The notes: generated by a model not told the origin, from the letters alone. A stretch of DNA of 64,000 nt from Thiomicrospira cyclica (GCA_022736205.1 DZAT01000002.1:19308-83307); one strand, 5' to 3'; shown: positions 47,546 to 56,700, counted from the stretch's first letter. Made by a program: numbers and translations.

Positions 47546-48673
47546 TTAAAACATCAGGTTATAGTTAAGACGGTAAACAGCGATATCTTTGCCCGCAATA
47601 GTCGTACCATTATTGAAAAATTCATTCGAGTTATTAGCAGAACCTACGGATACCTGTGAGGCTTCTGCCTTGATATTCGAGTTACCATTCACCGCATAAA
47701 CAACACCTGCTGCTTTAGTAGACTGATCTAAATTAGGTGCCATGCCACCCATCTTAGCCTTGTCTGAACTAATCACAGCGTAAGAAAGATATGGCGTAAA
47801 TGCACCTAACTTATGATCAACCGATAAATAACGACCATCCGTATCAGCGAACATCATGCTGTCCACACGACGTTGTCCATATTCACCTGTGATGGTGGTA
47901 TGACCTAAGCGCAATTGTGCACCCAAAGAAGCAAAGCTTGCGTCAACATTGCTAACCATGCCTGCAATCATGCCACCGAGCACGCTGCTACGCTCATCTT
48001 TATAAGATAGCTTTGTTGCCATGTAGCCAGCTCTTAGGCGTAGAATCTCGTTATAATCAAATAGAACATTTAAACCCCTAACACTATCTGCTTCAAAAGT
48101 CTTAAACATCACATTGCTATCCAACGGATTAATGCCGCGCCCGTCAAAGCGTGTCATCCCTGCATATGGCTGAATCGTTAACTCACCATCTTCGCCAACT
48201 TCAAAACGCTTCAACAAATCAGCACCGACATAACCATTGGTGGGTGCTTGACCATACATTTCTAGTGGCAATTTAGCCAAAATATACGCTTTGCCTACAT
48301 CCAATTGTTCAGACATCATAAACAAGGGTAAACGCAATTTACCCGCTCTAATTTTGGTCGAATCATTCAGCGCGTAAGAGCCAAACAACCATTCGCCTTG
48401 CACCGACATGCGGTCATCATCCGTTGTTGATTGCTTCGCCACAACCTGACCAGTAATGCTGAAGTGTGGGTTAATTTTAACGTCGGCTTGAATACCCGCT
48501 TTCGTATCGTTAATCCATTCTGCATTGTTTTTATCTAAGCCACGATCATACGCCTGCGACGAATCTGTTGACGCTGCGCCAATGGTACCAAAACCAGACA
48601 CCTGACCTTCTAACGCACGCGCTGTTACTGGCAACAAACTGGCAATACACAATGATAATAATATTTTATTCAT
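47546..48673 (-). CDS. Outer-membrane beta-barrel (porin-like) protein
   Basis: 375 aa. It has a signal peptide, an alternating beta-strand pattern and a terminal ...YRLNYNLMF with the C-terminal Phe typical of OMPs. Confidence 0.6.
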   Translation of the reverse strand: MNKILLSLCIASLLPVTARALEGQVSGFGTIGAASTDSSQAYDRGLDKNNAEWINDTKAGIQADVKINPHFSITGQVVAKQSTTDDDRMSVQGEWLFGSYALNDSTKIRAGKLRLPLFMMSEQLDVGKAYILAKLPLEMYGQAPTNGYVGADLLKRFEVGEDGELTIQPYAGMTRFDGRGINPLDSNVMFKTFEADSVRGLNVLFDYNEILRLRAGYMATKLSYKDERSSVLGGMIAGMVSNVDASFASLGAQLRLGHTTITGEYGQRRVDSMMFADTDGRYLSVDHKLGAFTPYLSYAVISSDKAKMGGMAPNLDQSTKAAGVVYAVNGNSNIKAEASQVSVGSANNSNEFFNNGTTIAGKDIAVYRLNYNLMF

Positions 48674-48810
48674 GATCCAATCCCCAAAACACTAATCAAT
48701 AATAATGAAGGCGATGCAGTATGTTGCAAAGCACTTTTTCATTTCCTATTCTATGCAATTTTACGAATTAAATCAGCAAATATGGTGATTAATTTTTATA
48801 ATCGACAACA

Positions 48811-48850
48811 AAAAAGCCCACAATAACAAAGATATTGCTTGCGGGCTTTT
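48811..48850 (-). terminator. Terminator-like hairpin after the eight-gene operon
   Basis: On the minus strand, AAAAGCCCGC...GTGGGCTTTT (about 9-bp stem, 19-nt loop) is followed by TTGTTGT. It lies 30 nt downstream of the GTPase stop. Confidence 0.4.
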
Positions 48851-48879
48851 AATAAAACGACTTGTAACCGTTGCTTAAC

Positions 48880-50286
48880 CTAGCGAATGGACTCTCCAGC
48901 TGGCTTCGCAAACTGATCGTTGAGTTTTTGAATCGCACGACGCGCCTGATCACGCACATTGGCTAAACGCTTACGCGCACCATTGCCCCAACCACGCGGC
49001 GATTGCGCAAACATCGGACGCCAGAAAACGGTATTGCGAGCCAAGGCACGCGCCAAGTTTCCTGTTTCGTCTTCACGCTGCAACCGACGCATTATAATAC
49101 CTGCCCATAATTGACGGAAATAATAATGCGGCACGAACAAAACAGCCAATACAACACCCGCAACTGTCAATCCTGCAATAGGGTTGTCAATCAAGCCAGA
49201 CAAATCGATGTTGGTAAACAAATAGGTATTGAGCGATAACCACATCAAAAGCACGCTCACGAATGATGCCAAAACAATATCACTAATCGCAACCCGCTTT
49301 GCCCATTGCAAGCGAACATCATCAACTTTAGGTAACCACTCGTTTTCTAACTGATCAGACAAGGTTTCTAAGGCAAAGCTGATGCGATAGGCACGCTCGA
49401 CGCTCACCTTATCCATGCGGTTATAAATTTCTGCTAAGTCGATGTCTTTTTTTCGCTTGAAGCGTTCAGCTAAGGTTTCGTCTTTAATTGCTACAGCTGC
49501 TTTTTCATTGTAAATCATATAAAACTTGCCACCGACTAAGCCGCTCGCCGCTAAAGCACGTTGCCATGCACCCATAATCGCTTCAGGATTGTCTTCGTTA
49601 GCAGCTGTGTCGATTTGATTTAAAATGAACAAAAATTTATCCGCATCATGACGCTGGTGTGTACCTTCTACCAAATGCTTCAGCGTATCACGCATGGCAC
49701 CAGGTTCAGGATGACGCGCATCAAAAAAGACCAATACCAAATCTGACATACCAATAATATGATCAGCAATTTTTAACACCGTATCACGCTGACTGTCTGC
49801 ATCAAAACCGGGTGAGTCGATCAGAATGCGCCCTTTTAAGCTGTTTTCTGGAACAGTCTTGAGTTGCAAGTAGCTATCAATTCGATTGCCTTCACCCTGA
49901 GCGACGCGCTCAATCTCATGACGAATGCCATAAAAAGGAAAGCGCGGGTCAGCATCGAGTGCCAAACCTGGTAAGGTCATCGTTTCGTCGCCACCACCGT
50001 AGCAAATGACGCTGAAGCGATCATCCACTGCTTGATTTCCTGTGTCCTGTACACGACGCCCAACAAACTGATTAATGAAAGACGATTTACCAGCCGAAAA
50101 AGTACCCAATACAGCAATCAGAGGCCACCAAGAAATCTGTTCGACATATGAAGCGTTCGTATCTAATATGCCCAAACCCTGCGCCACCTGATCGAGCTGA
50201 CGATAAGTACCGACAACCTCCAACAAAACAGGATTTTCTTGCACCAAACTTTGCTGCAATTTATGAATACGCTCTTGAATATGCAT
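48880..50286 (-). CDS. Dynamin/EHD-like GTPase with C-terminal membrane hairpin
   Basis: 468 aa. G1 GTFSAGKSSFIN, G3 DSPG, G4 NQID. Two C-terminal hydrophobic segments (ISDIVLASFVSVLLMWLSL, IAGLTVAGVVLAVLFV). Confidence 0.7.
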   Translation of the reverse strand: MHIQERIHKLQQSLVQENPVLLEVVGTYRQLDQVAQGLGILDTNASYVEQISWWPLIAVLGTFSAGKSSFINQFVGRRVQDTGNQAVDDRFSVICYGGGDETMTLPGLALDADPRFPFYGIRHEIERVAQGEGNRIDSYLQLKTVPENSLKGRILIDSPGFDADSQRDTVLKIADHIIGMSDLVLVFFDARHPEPGAMRDTLKHLVEGTHQRHDADKFLFILNQIDTAANEDNPEAIMGAWQRALAASGLVGGKFYMIYNEKAAVAIKDETLAERFKRKKDIDLAEIYNRMDKVSVERAYRISFALETLSDQLENEWLPKVDDVRLQWAKRVAISDIVLASFVSVLLMWLSLNTYLFTNIDLSGLIDNPIAGLTVAGVVLAVLFVPHYYFRQLWAGIIMRRLQREDETGNLARALARNTVFWRPMFAQSPRGWGNGARKRLANVRDQARRAIQKLNDQFAKPAGESIR

Positions 50287-50308
50287 GATAACTCCTATGC
50301 AACCGCAC

Positions 50309-51034
50309 TCATCGCGCTGGCTGTACTACTGCTGGCGGTGTTTGTGCAGGTTGCTGCTGTGGCTGAGCCGTTTGGGGCGCAGGAATACCGTAATAATAAG
50401 GATAAGACGAAGGTGGAACCGCTTGTGGCGGTGGCGGCGGCTCTTTACGACCACCCAACATGCGCCAAGGTGCGACGTTGTTAATGGTGCTCATTGGTCC
50501 TGAAATACTCCGATTCAAATCCCATAAATCCGTGCCCATGCGGCTCGTACTCATCGCCATCTGCGCAACACTGTCATTAATTTTACTCATGCTCTCGTTC
50601 ATATGTAGCATGGTTTCGTTAATCTTCAAAATGTGGTCATCCATCGTAACCACTTCATCCGTCATGATTTTGACTTCTTTTTGGATACCACGAATTTCTT
50701 GCGCAATCACCGTCATGTTGCGATCAACCGTCATTGTCATTTGAGCCATGTTGTTAGACATCATGCCAATATCGTAAGTGAGGTGATAAATTAAATAAAA
50801 GCCGTATCCAGCCAATACAATGAATCCAGCCATCATTGGCAACAACACCTTTTCCCAACGACGCATCGCCGAGCTGATGGTTGTCACTGCCATTGACATT
50901 GTTAAAACCGTATCTTCAAGTAAAAATACTTGCTTTTGCATGTAATGAACATCTGGTTCAGGCATTGCAAACAACGGGGGCGTTGTTTGCTGTCCTTGTT
51001 CAGAGCCAGTTACGCGCGGTTGCGCTTCGGTCAT
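50309..51034 (-). CDS. Single-TM protein with Met-rich coiled-coil repeats and Pro-rich tail
   Basis: 241 aa. TM VLLPMMAGFIVLAGYGFYLIY. Periodic Met-rich helices follow (MSNNMAQMTMTVDRNM...INETMLHMNESMSKINDSVAQM), then a C-terminal PPPPPQAVPPSSYPYYYGIPAPQ. No known family recognised. Confidence 0.45.
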   Translation of the reverse strand: MTEAQPRVTGSEQGQQTTPPLFAMPEPDVHYMQKQVFLLEDTVLTMSMAVTTISSAMRRWEKVLLPMMAGFIVLAGYGFYLIYHLTYDIGMMSNNMAQMTMTVDRNMTVIAQEIRGIQKEVKIMTDEVVTMDDHILKINETMLHMNESMSKINDSVAQMAMSTSRMGTDLWDLNRSISGPMSTINNVAPWRMLGGRKEPPPPPQAVPPSSYPYYYGIPAPQTAQPQQQPAQTPPAVVQPAR

Positions 51035-51053
51035 AGTGGTTTTTCTCGCTCAA

Positions 51054-51911
51054 TTAATTGTTTTGAGGATACATGGTCGCACGCAGGTTCATCATCGCTT
51101 TTTGACCCATATCAGGATTAATTTGCATCAAAAACCCTAACACATATTGAGCCTGTAAAAAACGACCTTGTGCGCTTAACCCTTCAACAGCTGCTGCATA
51201 TTCAATGGCAGCATCTTGCCAGTTTTGTTGCGCAAAATACACATTACCCAACTCACCATGTAAATCTGGATCATTCGTGCGGGTTAATTCTGCCTGATAA
51301 GCCTGCTTTGCCACATCCAAATTACCCTCGTAAAGTGCTGTACGCGCAATTTCGAGGTTCGTTTGAGCTGGCATCATCTGTGCTGGCTGGTAAACGGGCT
51401 GAGGCATCGTTTCTGACTGCTGCATTGGCGCCACTGTTGCTGGCACGTCCATTGGTGCCTGATAAGGCATCATGGGTGGCATAGACGGCATCTGCGGCAG
51501 ATTCATCGGCGCTTGATGAGCAACCATAGGAGGTGGCATCTGCGGTTCTGGCATGGGCATCATACCTTGATAAGGCATCATGGGTGGCATATCAGATTGG
51601 CTGTATGCAGGCGGTTGTGTTTCGAAAGCAGGCTCGACCTGAATAGGCTCTTGCGCTATGACGGCAGGCGTGGCTGCAACAACCGTTTCGCTAACAACTT
51701 GTGGCTCTGGTGCAGCAGCAAGCGGTGTTTGCACAGCAACAGGTGACGACACAACTGCAGGCATTTCTGCCACTGCGGGGGATGACTCATTCACAGCATC
51801 AAGACCATGATCACGCTTAATGGTATCAGAGTAAACCAAATACAGCGTTGCTGCTGCGAGGAGAATAATCATGAACACACCACTATTAAGCAGCGCACGT
51901 AAAAAACGCAT
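51054..51911 (-). CDS. Membrane-anchored Pro/Met/Gln-rich protein with C-terminal TPR-like repeats
   Basis: 285 aa. N-terminal anchor VFMIILLAAATLYLVY, a low-complexity middle (MPPMMPYQGMMPMPEPQMPPPM...) and C-terminal TPR-like helices (YEGNLDVAKQAYQAEL..., GNVYFAQQNWQDAAIEY). Confidence 0.5.
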   Translation of the reverse strand: MRFLRALLNSGVFMIILLAAATLYLVYSDTIKRDHGLDAVNESSPAVAEMPAVVSSPVAVQTPLAAAPEPQVVSETVVAATPAVIAQEPIQVEPAFETQPPAYSQSDMPPMMPYQGMMPMPEPQMPPPMVAHQAPMNLPQMPSMPPMMPYQAPMDVPATVAPMQQSETMPQPVYQPAQMMPAQTNLEIARTALYEGNLDVAKQAYQAELTRTNDPDLHGELGNVYFAQQNWQDAAIEYAAAVEGLSAQGRFLQAQYVLGFLMQINPDMGQKAMMNLRATMYPQNN

Positions 51912-51922
51912 CTTCGTTCTCC

Positions 51923-52549
51923 TTATACATATTGCGGATAAAGTAGGGCCGCAAGGGTAAGTACCTCTTGCGCGGCCTTATCATATGCATTTAATTCAAA
52001 CACAGCCAATCCTTCGCTAAATGAGCGACGGTAAGCTGTTCGTTGATATAAACGAACAGGAAGACGTTTAACGCCTTTTAGCATATCTAATGCCTCTTCA
52101 GCTTCCTGTGTTTCAACAACCATATGATGGGTATCAGCACGATTGATAAAAGCAAAGATTTTTTTATCACCCACTTCTGTTTCAATCATGCTTAAAAATT
52201 TTTGCGTTGACCAGATGTCAGCTTGGCTAGGCGCACAAGGTATAACAACACGATCGGCACGCTTAATCGCAGCCAACATAGCAGCTTTGTCAGCAATACT
52301 GACATCAATTACCACTTCTGCGCTGGGTTTTTTGGCGAGGCTTTCCAGTGCAATAAGGTCACCAGCTGAAGACAAACAAGGTTCGTAACCTTCTTCTAAA
52401 CGTACATCGAGCACATCTTTGAATGTATTTTGCGGATCGAGATCAAACAAAGCTGTTTTTTTGCCTTGTTTTGCCAACCAAACCGCCAAATTAAACGCTA
52501 CGGTGCTTTTTCCTGTTCCGCCTTTTAGATTACCAACGACGGTGATCAT
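51923..52549 (-). CDS. ParA/MinD-family P-loop ATPase (short, about 208 aa)
   Basis: ATG 52549 follows an AAGGAAG SD and gives MITVVGNLKGGTGKSTVAFNLAVWLAKQGKKTALFDLDPQ, a deviant Walker A with the signature Lys. The track start at 52597 is 16 codons upstream. Confidence 0.8.
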   Translation of the reverse strand: MITVVGNLKGGTGKSTVAFNLAVWLAKQGKKTALFDLDPQNTFKDVLDVRLEEGYEPCLSSAGDLIALESLAKKPSAEVVIDVSIADKAAMLAAIKRADRVVIPCAPSQADIWSTQKFLSMIETEVGDKKIFAFINRADTHHMVVETQEAEEALDMLKGVKRLPVRLYQRTAYRRSFSEGLAVFELNAYDKAAQEVLTLAALLYPQYV

Positions 52550-52621
52550 AATAACTTCCTTGCAATGGGGTACTCCACTATGACACAAGTGTGCCATAGC
52601 GAAGTACCGCCCGAACCTAAG

Positions 52622-53176
52622 TTACTGCTTAGCTGGTGCTTGAGCAGGTGCTTGTGGCATCATCATGCCTGGTGCTGGCATTGGGTATGGCATTGGCGCG
52701 CCCATCTGTGGCGCAGCTGGTGCACCATATGGCGCTGGACCGTAGTAAGGACCGTAGTAAGGAGCGTTAGCGCCATTACCGTAACCCTGACCATTGAAGC
52801 CATTGTAACCATTACCATAACCTTGGCCTTGACCGTAGCCATTACCGTTACCTTGCGTATAACCGTTGCCGTTGCCGTTGCCGTTCCAGTTTTGCTGATT
52901 CTGCGCACGACCTTTACCTTTCATGTTGAAAGACATGCCGCCATCAAACTCACCATCACCTTCGCCTTTGCCTTCACCACGGCCTTCACCGCGACCTTCA
53001 CCGCGACCTTCACCACGTGAATCGCCACGACCGTAGCCGTTACCATTGCTGTAGCCATTGCCGTTACCATTTTGATAGCCGTTACCAGCGTTATCCCATG
53101 GTGCTGCGAAAGCACTTGCTTGTACAGAAAGACCCAAACCAGCTGCAATTGCTAAAGTTAATGTCATTTTATTCAT
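52622..53176 (-). CDS. Secreted Gly/Asn/Tyr-rich low-complexity protein with (RGEG)n block and Pro/Met-rich tail
   Basis: ATG 53176 follows an AGGAG SD. Signal peptide MNKMTLTLAIAAGLGLSVQASAFA. The mature part reads NGNGNGYSNGNGYGRGDSRGEGRGEGRGEGRGEGKGEGDGE...NGNGNGNGYTQGNGNGYGQGQGYGNGYNGFNGQGYG...PYYGPYYGPAPYGAPAAPQMGAPMPYPMPAPGMMMPQ. Confidence 0.55.
   Translation of the reverse strand: MNKMTLTLAIAAGLGLSVQASAFAAPWDNAGNGYQNGNGNGYSNGNGYGRGDSRGEGRGEGRGEGRGEGKGEGDGEFDGGMSFNMKGKGRAQNQQNWNGNGNGNGYTQGNGNGYGQGQGYGNGYNGFNGQGYGNGANAPYYGPYYGPAPYGAPAAPQMGAPMPYPMPAPGMMMPQAPAQAPAKQ
52863..52885. repeat. (CCGTTG)3.8 hexanucleotide tandem repeat inside the Gly/Asn-rich CDS
   Basis: The sequence is CCGTTGCCGTTGCCGTTGCCGTT. 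It encodes NGNGNGNG on the minus strand. Confidence 0.8.
52959..53018. repeat. Five tandem 12-nt units (CCTTCACCRCGR-like) inside the same CDS
   Basis: The units are CCTTCGCCTTTG, CCTTCACCACGG, CCTTCACCGCGA, CCTTCACCGCGA and CCTTCACCACGT. They encode (R/K)GEG x5 on the minus strand. Confidence 0.8.
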
Positions 53177-53279
53177 ATATGAAACTCCTATTATCGTCAA
53201 ATTTAAACACTCTTGGTCAATTAGGGAATACGCAAGCCAAGAGACATCCTCACGTTTCCCATTCTTAATAGATTACCGC

Positions 53280-53795
53280 TTAGTATCCAAAACCAAACGG
53301 CATCCCGCTAAAACCATTCCCACCGGGGAAAGGCATCATATTCCCAAAGCCACCATTGGGGAAGCTACCCGAATTGAAAGGCATACTGCCATAATTAGGC
53401 ATCATACTTGGCATCGAAGGGACTGTTACAGTCGGTACTGAAAAGCTCGGTAGTGACGTGGGAAATCCCTGCGGCATTCCTTGTGGCATTTGAGGCATAA
53501 AGCCAGAAGGCGCATTAGGAAAACCTTGCGGCTGTGATGGCGCGGGGCGATAACCCATTTGCGGCTGCGTATATTGCGGCGCTGGCATCATGGCTGGCAC
53601 CGCTAACGCCCCTCCCTGAACAGGATACGTATATGTACTAACAGCTGCGGGTTCTACCATGCGTCGACTCTGTGTCGCCGCTTTAGAATCATAAAACGTT
53701 TCTGACTGCGGCCAAACAAGTACTTGTGCAGGCTCTGACCATGCGGTTAAAGGCGACAGTGCTAACATCCAAAATGCGAAAAGAGATGGTTTCAT
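53280..53795 (-). CDS. Secreted Met/Pro/Gly/Phe-rich low-complexity protein
   Basis: ATG 53795 lies 1 nt after the RND stop. Signal peptide MKPSLFAFWMLALSPLTAWS. The mature part includes ...GFMPQMPQGMPQGFPTSLPSF...PSMPSMMPNYGSMPFNSGSFPNGGFGNMMPFPGGNGFSGMPFGFGY. The track start at 53825 is 10 codons upstream. Confidence 0.5.
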   Translation of the reverse strand: MKPSLFAFWMLALSPLTAWSEPAQVLVWPQSETFYDSKAATQSRRMVEPAAVSTYTYPVQGGALAVPAMMPAPQYTQPQMGYRPAPSQPQGFPNAPSGFMPQMPQGMPQGFPTSLPSFSVPTVTVPSMPSMMPNYGSMPFNSGSFPNGGFGNMMPFPGGNGFSGMPFGFGY

Positions 53796-53796
53796 A

Positions 53797-56700
53797 TCAT
53801 TCTTGTCCTTTAATTCTAATACCACGACGGGGGCGCTTCGACAGATTTTTAGGCGCTTCTGTCACTGACGGTGGAACAACAGCTCGCTCCGCTTTCGCTT
53901 TCGCTACGGTATCGACGACAGTACTAGCCTGTGTTGCTACCTTTACAGTACGCGCATTTCTCTTTGGCTGTATTGGCTTTTCTAGCGATTGCTCTGCCGT
54001 CTTAGCCTGAGTCACAGCGGCATCTGTTGTTGCGAAAGCAGGCTCGGGTATTGGTTGAGACACAATGGGTGCCACAACAACAACGTTTGGCGTGCCCATT
54101 TCTTCTGGCAGGACAACAGATGCTTTTATTTCTGTCGATGCGCCTGCCTGCGACTGCGCTTCAAGTGGCTTAACGACATCGGCGGGCATCGGTGTTGGTT
54201 CTGCAGCATGAGATTCGGTTAGCTCGACACGTGCTGGCTCTGCCATCACAACATGCACTTCCAAAGGCGTAACCAGATGATCTGTTGTCGCTTTTTCTTG
54301 TTCTACACTCACCAGTTCTATTTCATGGCGCTGATAATATGCGGGCGCGGGCGTAGAGACAAGTTCATTTTCAATCTTGTCCGTTGGCTTCGAAACCTTG
54401 CTAAACACATCAGCAGGAGCCACGGTAAGGGGTTGCAGTGCGTGAACAGGATGAACGTGAATGTCACCTGCATGCGCAGGACTTTCTAACTTAACATCAA
54501 GTGAACCAGAACAACCTGCAGCAGGTGGGTTGGTCATACCCTGATTCATGGTCGAACACATCGCAGCACGGGCACTCACACAACCCAATGGAATCACAAT
54601 CAGTGTCAACATCGTCGACACAATGACCCCAAACATTAAGGACACAGCCATACCTTGGAAAATTGGATCGAACAAAATAACGCTCGAACCTAGCACCAGC
54701 GCCGCCCCTGTAATTAGGATAGGACGTGTTCGTGCTTGACACGAATAAATCACCGCATCAACGATGGGCACGCCCTTAGCGATTTCTTGTCGCGCAAAAT
54801 CAACCAACAGTAGTGAGTTGCGAACAATAATCCCTGCCAAGGCAATAAAGCCGATCATCGAGGTTGCGGTAAACTCAGCACCAATAATCCAATGTCCAGG
54901 AATAATACCAATAAGCGTTAACGGAATCGGTGCCATCACAATGACAGGAACCATAAAGTTCTTAAATTCCCAAACAACCAGCATATAAATAAGTACCAAG
55001 GCAACACCGAATGCCAATCCCATATCTCGGAAAGTTTCGTAGGTTACTGTCCACTCACCACCCCATTCAAACCCTGAGCGGTAAGTATCGACAGGCACAC
55101 CTGCGTAACTGCCTTTAACCGTAACGCCATCAGGAGACACATAGTCTTCCAAAAAGTCGCTTACTTGCAACATACCATAGATTGGTGCGCCCAAACGACC
55201 TGTTGTATTGGCAATCACGTACTCTAGTGGCTGCAAATCTTTGTGATAAATCACCTGTTGTTGCGTATCTTTAATAAAGTGCCCTAGCTCTGCCAAAGGA
55301 ACCGTACCACCCATTTGCGAGGGAACGGGAATCTGACCTAAACGAGCGAACTCGGTGCGATAAGCTTGAGGCACTTGTAAAACAATATAAACCGCCTCAC
55401 GAACTAACCCTTGCTTGGCATCCCCAACACGGAAATTACCCATTGCCATTGCTAAGGTTTTGTTAATCACATCAATTGAAATACCGCGACGAACCGCCTT
55501 ACTAACATCGACTTCAAAGCGCCAAATGTCATATGGGGACTGCAGTAAGTTATCCACATCTGTGATGTTGTCCGATTTTTTGAAAATCGCGGTCAAGTCT
55601 TCGGCTACTTTGCGACGCGTATCGGCATCTGGTCCATAGACCTCAGCAACCACCGCTTGTAACACAGGAGGCCCAGGAGGCGCTTCAACAATTTGAATAC
55701 GAGCACCCGCACGATCCGCTAAAGGTTGCAATAAAGGACGCACCGCTTCGGCAATTTCATGACTGGGTCGCAGACGGTCTTTTTTACCCAGCAAGTGAAC
55801 CTGAATATCTGCTTGCCAAGGCTCATCGCGCAAATAATAATGACGCACCAGCCCATTGAAATCGAAGGGCGCGGCTGTACCAACATAAGTTTCCATCGAA
55901 GTGATTTCTGGTACTTGACGCAACGCTTGCACAATCTCTTCTGTCAGGCTTGCCGTCACGGGTAAGGCAGTTCCCTCTGGAAAGTTAACCACCACAGAAA
56001 AATCTGATTTGTTGTCGAAAGGCAGTAATTTAACGGTTACTGCCGTTGAAACCAACAGTAAAACAGAAACAAAAAAAGCAACCAGAATAACCCCTAAAAA
56101 CATCCATCCTTTTGCTTTATCTAAAATTAAGCTACCCAACAGTCTACGGAAAAAACGCTCAATCTTTTCTGATTGTTTATGTTCCTTAATGGCATCTTTT
56201 TGAAGCTGCTCCATTGATGGCTTAATACGTGCCGCCAACCAAGGGGTAAAGGCAAAGGCAGCAAATAACGAAAACGCCATCGCAGCAGAACCTAAAGAGG
56301 GGATGGGTTCCATATAAGGACCCATCATGCCCGACACGAACGCCATCGGCATCAGTGCAGCGATCACCGCCAAGGTAGCCACAATCGTAGGGTTGCCAAC
56401 TTCGGCGGTCGCATCAATCGAAATTTCATCACGTGTCGAGCCATCAATCAACCAGCGTCGATAGATGTTTTCAAGAACAACAACCGCATCGTCAACCAAA
56501 ATACCGATCGAGAAAATCAGTGCAAACAGTGACACACGATCAATGGTGTAATCACCCAGCCAAGCAATAAAGACAGTGACCAAAATAACAACAGGAATCA
56601 CGATAGCCACAACCAAAGCAGGGCGCCAGCCCAAGAAGAACCAGACCAATAACGTGACTGCGCCCGTGGCAATAAACAACTTAAAGATTAACTCGTTAAC

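Noticed and set aside
52863-53018. Short tandem repeats considered as a possible CRISPR or other noncoding array
   Set aside because: The units are 6 and 12 nt with no spacers. They are in-frame and translate into the repeat protein. No cas genes are present.
52565-53148. Three extra ORFs (151 aa plus strand; 81 and 75 aa minus strand) over the Gly/Asn/Tyr-rich gene
   Set aside because: They are mirror or off-frame readings of the same short tandem repeats. Only the chosen frame has an SD, a signal peptide and a consistent start.
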